This document shows positions 52,445 to 64,000 of a DNA stretch of 64,000 nucleotides, one piece after another. The notes under the pieces were generated by a model. It made no database searches, was not told the DNA's origin, and saw only the letters and a program-made list of their open reading frames with translations. The stretch is from Felis catus (lineage: Eukaryota): positions 127,102,001 to 127,166,000 of the forward strand of contig NC_058368.1 in the NCBI RefSeq assembly GCF_018350175.1, written 5' to 3'. Numbering within the stretch: the stretch's first letter is position 1; each line of letters starts with the position of its first letter. Made by a program: the position numbers and the translations under genes.

Positions 52445-52579
52445 TCAAATATTTTCTTAAGCCCATAAAAAGCTCATACGCTCTAAACACTGAGAACCAT
52501 AGTATGTCCCATGGGCAACAAAGCCCCTGGAAATGGGATCTCTGAGGAAAGGGAATTCTTGTAAGAGGTGATTCAGACA

Positions 52580-52800
52580 GGACCCCTGGGTGGCTCAGTC
52601 AGTTAAGCCTCCGATGTCCGCTCAGGTCATGATCTCACTTCGAGCCCCACAGTAGGCTCTGTGCTGACAGCTTGGAGCCTGGAGCCTGCTTTGGATTCTG
52701 TGTCTCCCTCTCTCTCTGCCCCTCCCCTGCTTGTGCTCTTTCTCTCTCTGTGTGTCTCTTTCTAAAAAATAAACATTAAAAGTTTAAAATAGAAAAAAAC
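52580..52800 (+). mobile_element. Can-SINE
   Basis: Typical structure; degenerate TSD aga..tgat.cag.ca. Confidence 0.93.
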
Positions 52801-54359
52801 AGAAATGATCCAGGCAAGGTGGCATATTTAATATTTCCAGATAGTGTACTATTTCCTGCTAAGGAGGCGAATGAAGAAAGGCATCAAACATTCCCCAGAG
52901 GGACTTACTCATGATTTAGCACATCCGAGATCCCATAGACAATAAAAAAGCACAAGACATGGTTGCTACCATCGGGGACCTAACAGTTCAGTTGGGCAGA
53001 AAAGTATCATTCTTGTTAAGGTTTTCTCTATAATAATCGAACACGTGAGATTGTAAGATAATAAATTCAGTGTTTGGGTACCTGAATGACCAGACTAAAA
53101 CAATAATATTGTTGCTCAGTTGTAGCAAAATAATGTGTTAAATTGTCCTTTAAAATAATGGTTAGTGACTTGTGAACTCAGATAGTTGCTGGGGCCCAGC
53201 AGTGTCCCCATAGCAGAGGAGGAAGTATTAAAATCCTTATGAGGGATGATTTTATTTTCACTCAGTCCCTGGAAAATAGTTTTGAACTGGGATTAGGTTT
53301 CTACTCAATTAGACAAAAGAGAAACAGATTTTAGCCCAGAGTGAAACAGGTATATCTCAGTGTAAACCTTTGACTCCCATTCTGCTTGATTGCTCACTGG
53401 GGATGGTCGATATTTTTTTCTCTGAAACAGACTTTGTTCTCTAAGGATAACTAGGATGTAGTGTTTTGAAACAGCACGAGATATTCAACAGAGGGCTCAA
53501 GTACCAAATTCTTTTTCTCCATTGTTGTTGTCATTATCTAAATAGGTTCTATAATGGAAATAGTATGGCTACAGTAATGCTGAGGAATTCTCTCCCTTTT
53601 GTAACTGGGTCACTGTGTGTGCAGATTTGGCCACCAGGTCAAATTTTAATGTTTGAGCGACTCTCCTGACTCGATGGGAGTCACACACCACTGGGCACAG
53701 TTGGCTGTAGGGTCACCGTGTGTGCTGCTGGAGGATGGTGACTCACCATTTTATACTAAGCTCCGCAACAGTATGGAAAAGTTACCACCACTCCACTCAC
53801 CCATCTCAGGGAAATAAAACTGTAAGCAACTTGTTTCCAACTGCTCAGAGATGATTTCTGACATTTGCCTTCAATTATTTCTTGAACATGACTGGAAGCG
53901 AAAGAAATCGCTGCAGAGGATTTCAATTCACCTGGACGGACTGCCTAGCAGTATTAAGATTATGTAAAACCAATTGTAGAAATGTAATGGTCTCCTTTGA
54001 TTCCTAGCATGAGGAGAGACCTAAGTAGAAGCTGCTTTTGAGGGGCAGCTAGTCTCACTGAGAATCATTTAAAGGAAGAAAGAGGAAACCACTTTGTGTG
54101 AGGGGTCATTTCGACAGAGCTACTGCATGTCTGTGCAAAGCGGACCAATGCACAGCTCCAGAGGCTATCGTTTACACAAGCTGCAATGTGAACTGTCCCC
54201 TTGGAATCACACAAGATGGTGATCCTCCCTTTGTGTCTCAAATAATGAGAAAGGGCAATGATATTTCCCATCTTTAAATAAATCCCAAAAGCCTAAGGTG
54301 GGGCACTGAGGCTAAGGCTCTGAGCCATACAGAGAAAGCAGCATCAACTGAAAAGTGGC

Positions 54360-54565
54360 TAGGAACACCTCAGACTCAGAGTGGCACAGTGTAAATCCCA
54401 ACTTGGTCCCTTATCCCAGTCACACTACTTAACTTTTCTATGCCTGAGTCTTTTCAGTTGTAAAATGGGTATAATCAGGGCAGTTGGGAGAATTTTATTA
54501 GATGTTACAAGTAAAATACTTACAAGAGTACTCAGCACACAGTCAAGGACTTAAGACATGTTAAA
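54360..54565 (+). mobile_element. MIR
   Basis: ctacttaacttttctatgcctgagtcttttcagttgtaaaatgggtataat...cagcacacagt. Confidence 0.75.
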
Positions 54566-55873
54566 CCTGTACCATTAAAGAAGAAAGGGTCTCCTTTTTG
54601 TTCCATTATTAGGATTCTGGAATGAACAAAAATTATCACTGCCGTATTATCATGATTCTCATGTTTCAAGTGTGTTTATTGTTCCAGAGGAAAGATTTTC
54701 TGTGTGTCTTTTAGGGATTAAAACTGGGAACAGTTTAACAGGATGCTTTTGGAGAAAATGAAAAACAGCATTTTGTGATTGTCATTAAGAATTTTTAAAA
54801 GTTTGTTGTAGGAATTATGTCTGCTGGATACTTCCAAATGTAGCTATCCCTGAAGGCTAATAGAAATCCAGAAATATTCAGATGTTGACAGAAAATAACA
54901 AGCATTCCAAAAAATAAATATGAGCAGAAACAACAAAAATAATACTATCTTCTCTGTTGTTCTTTTTTTTTTTTTCTTTCAGAAGGCACTGAAAGCAAGA
55001 CAAAAAGATCACTGAACAATTTGGAGAGTTTTAGATGTTAGGGTAATCCCCCAAGAATGAGAGCCCCAATATGACCAACTTTTCTCATTTGTAAGGAAAG
55101 GTTTGAAATTATAGGAGAGACCTTCCCATTTTAAATATTTGTGCTAACTCAAAATGTAAACAATTCTGTCTGGCCAATAGTGTGAGGTCAAACAAAATAA
55201 AGTTGGGGTATGGGTGGTGGTGGTGTTACCAGGTTTTCTTTGAATCACTATGTAGGACCCACCAATACTGTTTTATTAATATATAAGAAACTTCTTTATG
55301 TGAAATAGCTAATGCAACAATGGGCTATCAGGTATTTATATTTCAATAGTAGATATAGTAAACAACAACAACTTAACGCAGTGGAATTTCCAATGGTAAA
55401 CATTGCAGGCCTTTAATGAGGAAATGTTTGAATTGGAGAATTAATTGTGATGAAATGTCAAATGACTATTCCATCCATGCATAAAACCAAGCAATCCTAG
55501 TGACTTAATTTAAAAAAAAATCTGTATTGTTACTCTTTAGTTAATCATTAGTCCATATCTGAGTGAGTAGTTGAGTAAGTATTTGGTTACATAAACCAGC
55601 GAAGGGGAAAGAAAACTAGCATTTATTCAACACTACTATGTACTTGATTCTTTATTTTATCTTCTTATATTCAAAATGACCTTCTAAAATAGTTATGATT
55701 ATTCTGTATTTTGTAGCTATAAGTTGATGTCTCGGGAGGCCAAACTCCTTTGAACCAAACTCTCCTTTTATACGATGTATGTTGATGTGGCCACATATTA
55801 ACTCAGAGACTGGTTCAGAAGAAATCAGTGAAGTGTATGTGTGTGCCTGGGTGTGTTCATACACGTGCACATG

Positions 55874-55881
<8 letters not shown>

Positions 55882-55926
<45 letters not shown>
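55882..55926. repeat. (CA)n microsatellite
   Basis: Visible CA run preceded by alternating purine-pyrimidine sequence. Confidence 0.97.
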
Positions 55927-55927
<1 letters not shown>

Positions 55928-56689
55928 AGCATTTAAGAAAAGGTTAAACTTACTAGGTTAGACAGGGTCACTGCCATACGCTAATTCAAAGGGAAGAATT
56001 CTGTGCTAATAAATGGAAGCTTTTTACTTAATTTGAGTCATCATGTGTCATTGTTAGGCACTGTATACAGAGAATTCATTAACTAGAACCTCATACTTCC
56101 TTATAACCATCACAAAGATCAACACTAGGCTGAGCGTGAAATTAAACATAAGTAGGTGACTCAAACTTCCAGATCTTTCTAAAGGAAAGATGGGAGGTCT
56201 GATATGTTGGCATGGGAGGGATCAACAGAGATTAGGAGAGGGTTAAGGGACCACAGAATATGTTTTGATTTCAAAGAAAGTAAAGCATAGAGGTGAAAGT
56301 GAAACTAAGTCCTACACCTCTATGACAGTTTAAGATGTAACAACTTAGAACAAAACATTCCTATCAACACTGTGACAATGGTTAAGGTTTCCACAAGTAT
56401 AAAATATGTCATTCCTTGCAATAGCAGCTATAGTTATGTTAGCAACTTAATTCAACTTCACATAAATCCCAAATGATCAAATACTACCTATTAAGAAGAA
56501 TATTTATAAAGATGGATCAGTAGATATTTATGGGTCACTATGGTAAATACAAATGAATAAAAGAAGGAGTATTGCTTCTGGGAGTTTATAATAAAAAGAG
56601 GGATGGATGGAGTAAGAGACATACTCCCAGGGAAACACAACATTAATGTGTTTTATTTACTTCACAGGTCTATCATTATCTGAAATGTT

Positions 56690-56840
56690 TTTGTTCTTTG
56701 TAGATCTCACCTAATAGGACAGAAGTTCTATGACCACAGGAATTGCCTGTGTTATATCCTCCTATGTCTCCAATGATGAGAATAGTGCCTGACACATAGG
56801 AAACACTCAATAAATACTGGACAAGCAGATGAACGAATGT
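56690..56840 (+). mobile_element. LINE-2 3' tail
   Basis: agaatagtgcctgacacataggaaacactcaataaatactgg...gatgaacgaatg. Confidence 0.75.
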
Positions 56841-57101
56841 ATGACACAGATCATGAATGTTATGATAAGAAAGTAGAGAAGGAAAATTCCTTGTGAAGTG
56901 GACAGTCAGAGAAGAATTCAAGGAGAGGGGATCCTTTTAGAAATGAGGCTCAAAATTAAGCTGGTGGAAAGAAGAAAGCAATTCCATGTGAAGAATGGTA
57001 GAGACAAAAAGCAAAGGCAAGGCTTAAGAGGCACCTGCAGCAATGTAAAACTGATATTCCATCAGTAAATCTTGATGAAGAGATTGGGGTTATACAGAGG
57101 A

Positions 57102-57233
57102 TTTTTTTTTTCTTTAAGTAGTCTCCATGCCCAGCCTGGAGCCCAACACGGCTTGAACTTACTACCCTGAGATCATGACCTGAGCTGAGATCAAGAGTCA
57201 GATGCTCAACTGACTGAGCCACCTAGGAGCCCC
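57102..57233 (-). mobile_element. Short Can-SINE lacking the CT tract
   Basis: ttaagtagtctccatgcccagc...gagccacctaggagcccc. Confidence 0.9.
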
Positions 57234-59904
57234 TATGAAAAGAACTTTCTTAAGAAAAACTGGATGGGCTCCTTAGGATTGGTGAGAGGGACAATTTATG
57301 AGAGAAGAGGTGTTGGAGGTTTGGGTGAAGACTATCCAGCAAAAATGTGATAGAGGGCAGTCAGGCTCTGAGGAGTGAAAGGCACTTTTAAAGTTCCCTC
57401 TAACCTTGGCATTCCAGTCCTCTGTTTTTGCTTTAGTGCTGAAATGATTTAGGGGAAGTTGTGTTTGGTTGTTTGTTTGTTTTTGTTGTTTTTTGAGAAA
57501 TTCTTAAAATCCCTGAATTAGTCATAAATAGAACATTGCATTTTTCTTCCTAAATCAAGAGAAAGCTGGATTAATCACAGGATTATTTTATCTTATATTG
57601 GGTGAAATCACATTTCAGCTGGTGGGGAAACAATTGTTTTACCACTTGTCTCTAAAAGCAGTAACTGAGAGTGACATTTAAGGAACATTTTTCACAGATT
57701 TCAGAAGATGATTAATCATTTTGTTTTGGGAAGGTTTATGCTACGATAAAGTATTTTTAAAGCCCATTATAATTAAACAGCTTGCAGAAAAATATCTTTA
57801 AATCTCACCCTATGTTCGAAGCTTTTATTTCAAATGGCGGTCTACAGAGAACTTCAAATAAACCTATAGCTGTACATATGATTTTTGTGATACATTAAAT
57901 GAATTTTCCTTCTATTTTTTAAGATCATCTTTGATGTTATATATTCAAATGCCAAAATACCAAAACAAAAATGATAATAGTTCTTTTAAAAAATTTCAAA
58001 CACACAGAACAAAGAGAGGCCTTGATTCAAATACTCGTACACATATTCAGGTAAAATTGACTCGGTGTCTATGACTCTCAAAGCCATTTACTCCAAAAAT
58101 GTGCAACTCCCTGACAGAAGGTGATTTTTTTTTTAATATCCATGAATCTCTGCCTAAGTGCTATTTTCTGGCCATAGTTTAATGCTTAGCCCATAGATAA
58201 ATAAACCAGAAGCAGTGGGTTGTTAATGATCCCCAGAAAACAGGTAATAGATGGGGCAGCTGGCAGAGAAGTCCCTCCAGCAACCTTGCCTGTTGGAGGA
58301 GATAGCCCTGAGGAGTTCTGCACACACTGCCTTGCAGAGGCCAGCAGTGGGTCTGGGCTTCACTTTTCAACTGCAGTAACTGGCCTGATGATGCAGAATT
58401 TGTGACCTTCCGTTGTGTGCCTCACTTCCCCACACTCCTTTACTTCTTTTCCGCGAGCTTTCTAAATACACTGCTTGCACTCCTTGTCTGGGGTTTACTT
58501 CTGGGGTAACTTAGACCAGAACATGCCTCTTCCACTATTTTGTGACAGGAAAGAAGAGTCTGAATTGAGACTTGGAAACTGTAAAGTGAGATTGTTGTAT
58601 GTGTTTGTTCCTTGGCAAACACTGAAATGCTACCATTTTGTTTTATTATGTCAGTTTTCTCAAGTCCCTTCTTTCTTCTCCACATCCCTGCTCTTCCTTG
58701 TCCTTTGGTCTTTTCAATCTCTGGCACACACATATGAACTAGGGTACCCTGGGGAAGGTTAATGAGAAACAGTTAAATTAAAAAAAAATTACAGCTTCAC
58801 AATGCTTACAACATGAACCAAAAATATACTTTACTATTTTTGTGTGTTAGGGGGTCATGTGGATAGATCATATATTGGCACGTGAATGTGTTATTTCTAG
58901 CAGAAATGGAAATGTTAATTTATGTGCCTGGGCTTAAATCAGTGTTATTCTGAAACCAGTATATTTTCTGAAAGTGTGAAACTAATACCCACAAATGGAA
59001 ACATGCACGTACACACAGACACACACATCTCTATACCCATGGATACTTGCTTGACATACATTTCTTAATAAAATGAACACACTAAAGATACTGTCAATCA
59101 ATCAACAACAGATCTTAAATTCAGTGTTATTGCCTAAAAACATGTCCTTTTTCTAATAAGATCTGACTGTTTTAAATTTACAAAATTAAAAAAAAAAAAA
59201 CACCAAAACTGGAGTTACCATAGATTTATATAGGCTGGTCATTAGTGAACACGATTTAAAAGCCAGATATATCAGAATGGCTCTTGAATGTCCTAGCAAG
59301 TATTTTAACTTGGGGAGAGGAAAAAGACAGATTTTCTTCAGATGTCCAGGGCCTTTTTGACTCTTTTTCTCCCTAAATATTTAGGAAAGAAACACCTCAC
59401 TCTGAAAGGTTAAGGTGTGGGGAGGGGAGCATATAGACACTTTGGTGTGATATGGGTCTCCATTTTGCTGAATAGAAATACAAAGGAGATTTGAGGTGGT
59501 TTGAATGTAAAGAGAGAGAGAAATAAGAAATGAGAGGACAAATAAGGGTAAGAAGTTTCCAAACTTTTCAGAATAGCTTAAATATTTGATCAAAAGGTAA
59601 ATAGAGATAATGGCTCAACCCCCCACATTGTAAAAGCTTGTAGCTTCAGAGCTATGGGGCTTTGCAATCACAAAGGCATTATCAGGGATCTGTATTTGGA
59701 TTTGGAATCAGTATAACCCTAAGGTTCATGAAATACTGAAAATGATTTTCTTTCATGTTTACAATATAGTTTTAATTTAGTCCTTTAAAAAATACTACCT
59801 GAGCTCCATCTTTGAATACGGAATGTTTTTTTTTTTGTTTTTTTGTTTTTTTTTTTACGTTATACAGATAGCTTAAATAGTTGACAATAGGGTAAGAGCT
59901 GCCT

Positions 59905-61428
59905 GAAATTGGTCCTGGCAGTGATTTTGTGGCACTCAAAGCATAGGCAACAAAAGCAAGAGATACAAGAAGGACTACATTAAACTAAAAAGCCTCTGCA
60001 CAGCAAAAGAAACTACCAACAAAATGAAAAGACAACCTACAGCATGGGAGAAAACATTTGCAAACCACGTATCTGAAATGGGTGAATATCCAAAATATAC
60101 AAGGAACTCACACAATTCAATAGAAGACAGCCTAAATAATCTGGTTAAAAATGAGGCAAAGAATCTGAATGGACATTTTTGCAAAGAAGAACATACAAAT
60201 GGCCAACAGGTACATGAAAGGGTGTTCAACACCCTTCCCTTTGCAGGGAAATGCAAATCAAAACCACAATGAGCTATCACCTCACACCTGTTAAGAATGG
60301 CTTTTATCAAAAAGCCAAGAGATAAGTGTTGACAAGGGTGTGGAGAAAAGAGAACATTTGTGCACTATTGGTGGGAATATAAATTGGTGCAGCCATGTGG
60401 AAAACAGTATGGAGGTTCCTCAAAAAATAGAACAACCATATGATTCAGCAATCCCACTATAGTACAGGGAATATATCCAAAGGAAATGAAATCACTATTA
60501 TTTTATTTTATTTTAATTTAATTTAATTTAATTTTATTTTATTTTTAGAGAGAGACAGAGCACATGTAAGAGGGGCAGATGGAGAGAGTGAGAGAAAGAG
60601 AGAGAACATCTTAAGCAGGATCCATGCTCAGCATGGAGCTTTGAACACTGGGCTCAATCCCGTGACCCAAAATTAAGAGTTGGAAATTCAACTGGCTGAG
60701 CCACCCAGGGGCCCCTGAAATCACTATCTTGAAGAGATATCTGCACTCCAACGTCCATCGCAGCATTACTCACAATAGCCAAGAAATGGAAATAATCTAT
60801 TTCCATTAACAGATGAATGGATAAAGAAAATGTACATAGCACAATGTAATATTATTTAGTCATGTGAAAGAAAGAAATCCTGACACCAGAGACAATATTG
60901 ATGAACCTGGAAGACATTATGGAAAGTGAAATAAGCCAGACAGAAATAGAGAAATAATGTAGACTCTCACTATGGAATATAAAAAAGTAAATGTGGAATA
61001 TAAAAAAGTAAAACTTTTTTACTTGGAATAAGGAATGGAATATAAAAAAGTAAAACTCATAGAAGCAGAGAATAGAACAGTAGTTACTAAGGGCTAGGGG
61101 ATGGGGAAAATGGAGAGATGTCGGTCAAAGGGTATGAACTTTCAGTTACAGGATGAATGAGTTCTGGATATCTAATATACAGCACGGTGACTACCACTCA
61201 AAATGTTCTGTATACATGAAATTTGCTGAGAGAGTAGATCTTAAGTGATCTCACCACACTCATCAAAATAAAAAAAGGGGGGAGTACTGTGAGGTGATGG
61301 ATGGGCTCATTAACTTCACTGTGGTAATCATTTTAGTATGTATATACATATGAAGCTAATTCATTACACAGCTTAAATACACACAATTTTTGTCTATGAA
61401 TTATACCTCTGTAAAGCTGGAAAAAATA
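59905..61428 (+). mobile_element. 5'-truncated LINE-1 (L1MA/L1_Carn-like; end of ORF2 plus 3'UTR)
   Basis: ggactacattaaactaaaaagcctctgcacagcaaaagaaa; degenerate ORF2 peptide MKRQPTAWEKTFANHVS; ends aattatacctctgtaaagctggaaaaaa. Confidence 0.93.
60499..60715 (-). mobile_element. Can-SINE inserted in L1
   Basis: TSD tgaaatcactat at 60487-60498 and 60716-60727. Confidence 0.93.
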
Positions 61429-63848
61429 GATTGTGTTCTAGAGCAAGTGAAGGGAAGTCTATCTTGGGTTAGAAATGGGGAAGAAGGGAATGCAAATAGG
61501 AATAAGTATTTCAGCAGGTTGAAAACATCATGAAGCTCAGAGTAAATTTCCATCTTGCTGCTGCTGTGTATATAACCATGCTCAGGTAGAGAGAGAAGTA
61601 GGGAAATCATGTGATCTACATGGAAGAAGGAAAGGTTATATCCAGTTAAATTTTCACAACTATTAACTTATCCACAGACACAGCTTTGCATAAAGAACTC
61701 TAGAATGTGGATAGTATCACTTTCAGCTGTGGATGGAGAAGCCTTCTTCACCAAACTTAATTGATGGGGGCTGTGAAAGCTGGCACAGTGGGCTGTGGAG
61801 AAGAGATGCCAGCATGACCACTGGGCACCTGTCTTTCTTGGCTCTCTGAAAATGTCTGTGACCTTAATACATGGGCAGTGATAGAGAAATGAGAAAGCAC
61901 GTCCTGAGACACTTAAGTCCAAACCTGATGCCAAGTTCAAGTGCTGTCTCACTGGAGCATTTCCAAGTCTATTTAGGGACTGAGACTATAGTGACTCGAG
62001 AAACCCTGGTCATGGCCTCAGTGCCACAGGATCGGCAGGTACCATCTCTTCAGTTGTGAAGCCATGCTGATAATTTGAGATCTAGCAGCTGGGGATATTC
62101 CCTCTTCACATACCAGCTGCCTCTAGCAGATCAGTACATATCTCAGCCAAAGAAGATGTTTCTGGCACTGGTCTAAACATTGAGAGCTCTCAATGGCTTT
62201 GTGGGCAGCAAGTGGTAAGAAGGGAGACCCCCAGCCAAGGAAGGTTTTGAGAAGGCCCCATTGTGGCACTTCAGAAGCAGCTGCATTCATATGACTCCTT
62301 AGAGGAAGCAAACAGAGCCCGTGTACATGTGTTATCTGCCTTCTTCAGTCAGTGGGAAGGAGGCCAGTTAATGATTTTTTCAATTCTTTATCAAAATCAA
62401 TTAACACACTGCTACACTTAGATAGTAGCACCCAGGCAGAGGACCACTAGGCTTCCTCAACAGTCTTTTCATCAATGAGATATATTTTAGGCCCATCCTA
62501 CTCTACATCACTGCAATATAACATGAACCCCAAATTATAGGCAGGACTGTTTGTCGAACAAAGGGCCACAGACTCTTCAGGTGACAGAGTCAACTTAAGT
62601 CTGACTTAATCTGTTTATTATAGTTATCAATAACTTAAGACCGGCTCACGCACAGGCAGTGAATTAGCAGGAAGACACGATGTGAGGATGCAGGGATATG
62701 GGTGAGAGAAGGGCAGGGGATGTGCTGCTCACAGGAAATGAAAAGCTCTAAAGCCCAAGGCATTTCCTTTCATTTTTTCCATGTAGTTCCCTTGAGGTTA
62801 TGCAGCTGTATGTTCTCAGAGCTAAGAGCAGACTGGCTTGGCATAAATGATGCATTCTACCTTCTGATATTTCCAGGCCTTCTGTTATGACGATTGATTC
62901 AGTAGTTATTCCTCAAATCAAGGCACATGTGTGTCTAAGGTACCCGATCTTAGTGTCTTGGAAGGCAGAAAGATTAAAGAACATACAGAATTTTGGATGT
63001 CACTGATCTTACTTCTTCCTTTAAAGACAGTTCTCCGGTTTCTGTAAAATACGCCTGGAATAATACAGTTTTGACAAATGAGAAAGGGATGAATTTCTAA
63101 ATCAACCACATAATAAACATTTCAGGATAAGTCACGGTTTCTTCTGGTGTGTGATATACTAAAGACATTTCAATAGATGTCACAGGGTTACTAACAAATC
63201 TGGTGCATTGTTTCAAATTGGTCTTTTCTGTCAGATTGGAGGAAATTAAGACTAAAAACAATACTAACAATAGCAAATACAGCATTTAGCCATTACCCAA
63301 TCTGTGTATTATCCACATTTCACATGTGAGAAAATTGAGGTACAGTACAGTAGGATAACTTGTTTATATCATATAACTAGAGACATATACCTATAAATTG
63401 ATATGAGGGTATGAGATTGAATTTATGAGGGTATGAGATTGAATACCTATAACTTGATATGAAGGATATGAGATTGAATTTTTGCACATGCAGCAATTAA
63501 CTAATTAAAATCACAAAATTTTCTGTATTCTCCTCAATTTTTGAAAAACCTGTTTGTTCACTGAGGTGTAGCAACTTATAAAATATATGCAGTAGACATA
63601 AACTGAAACTGCTTCAAATGTACAAAGAAGTCATTAAAAAAAAGAAGAAGATTCTAAAAGAGGGGAAATATTCTCTTGTAGCCAATAGAGCAGAAACAAA
63701 AAGTACATTTACAGACTGATTATAATTCAAGGAAAGAGAAAATACATAAAGAAATATTTTTTTAAAACTGTCAACTATAATTATTGTGTACTTGTGATAG
63801 AATAATAGGCAAGATTTTTTTTTTACTTCTTATTCCACAATTTCTGGA

Positions 63849-63849
63849 T

Positions 63850-63895
<46 letters not shown>
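63849..63895. repeat. (TG)n microsatellite
   Basis: Visible TG run. Confidence 0.97.
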
Positions 63896-63898
<3 letters not shown>

Positions 63899-64000
63899 TA
63901 ACAACAGAAATAAACTATGTAAGCCTAGTTTCTTTCTGCACAAGATGGCTGCAGATGGTGTACTATTCTAGCTCAATATACATGTAGATTAATTTTTATG

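Noticed and set aside
60024..60272. ORF MKRQPTAWEKTFANHVS..., and 42899-43150 MKRQPMEYEK...
   Set aside because: Degenerate, frameshifted LINE-1 ORF2 C-terminal remnants, not host genes.
4..63285. ORFs of 60-117 aa in the supplied track
   Set aside because: Many overlap SINEs (WVAQ..., SPASGSVLTAQSLEP), microsatellites (VCVCVC, HTHTHT, SLSLSL) or poly-A runs. The rest show no recognisable domains or splice context.
1..64000. Other PDE4D exons (PDE4D8 first exon, common UCR1 exon) and small RNA genes
   Set aside because: I looked by eye for the expected peptides and for tRNA, snRNA, Y RNA or miRNA-like sequence and found none. The tRNA-like boxes all belong to SINE heads. Small non-coding exons cannot be excluded.

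Overview
This is AT-rich mammalian genomic DNA from a felid. It carries about 37 tRNA-derived Can-SINEs, several of the young cat SINEC_Fc type, plus MIR, L2, L1, MER5A-like and MER21-like relics. The only protein-coding sequence I can support is a 65-nt minus-strand exon at 36245-36309 encoding MSIIMKPRSRSTSSLRTTEAA(C) and ending in a phase-2 GT donor. I recognise this from memory as the isoform-specific first exon of PDE4D9 (cAMP phosphodiesterase 4D). The window is therefore almost certainly intronic PDE4D on the minus strand, containing one alternative promoter. The supplied ORF track misses this exon, and its ORFs are SINE, L1 or microsatellite artefacts. I found no evidence of a new multi-gene system. 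The best leads are (i) a possible hybrid first/cassette use of the PDE4D9 exon, (ii) a CRE-like cluster around that promoter, (iii) a 55-bp dispersed duplication, and (iv) several informative nested or twin-primed retrotransposition events. Repeat subfamily names are by-eye recognition, and coordinates of old repeats are approximate.
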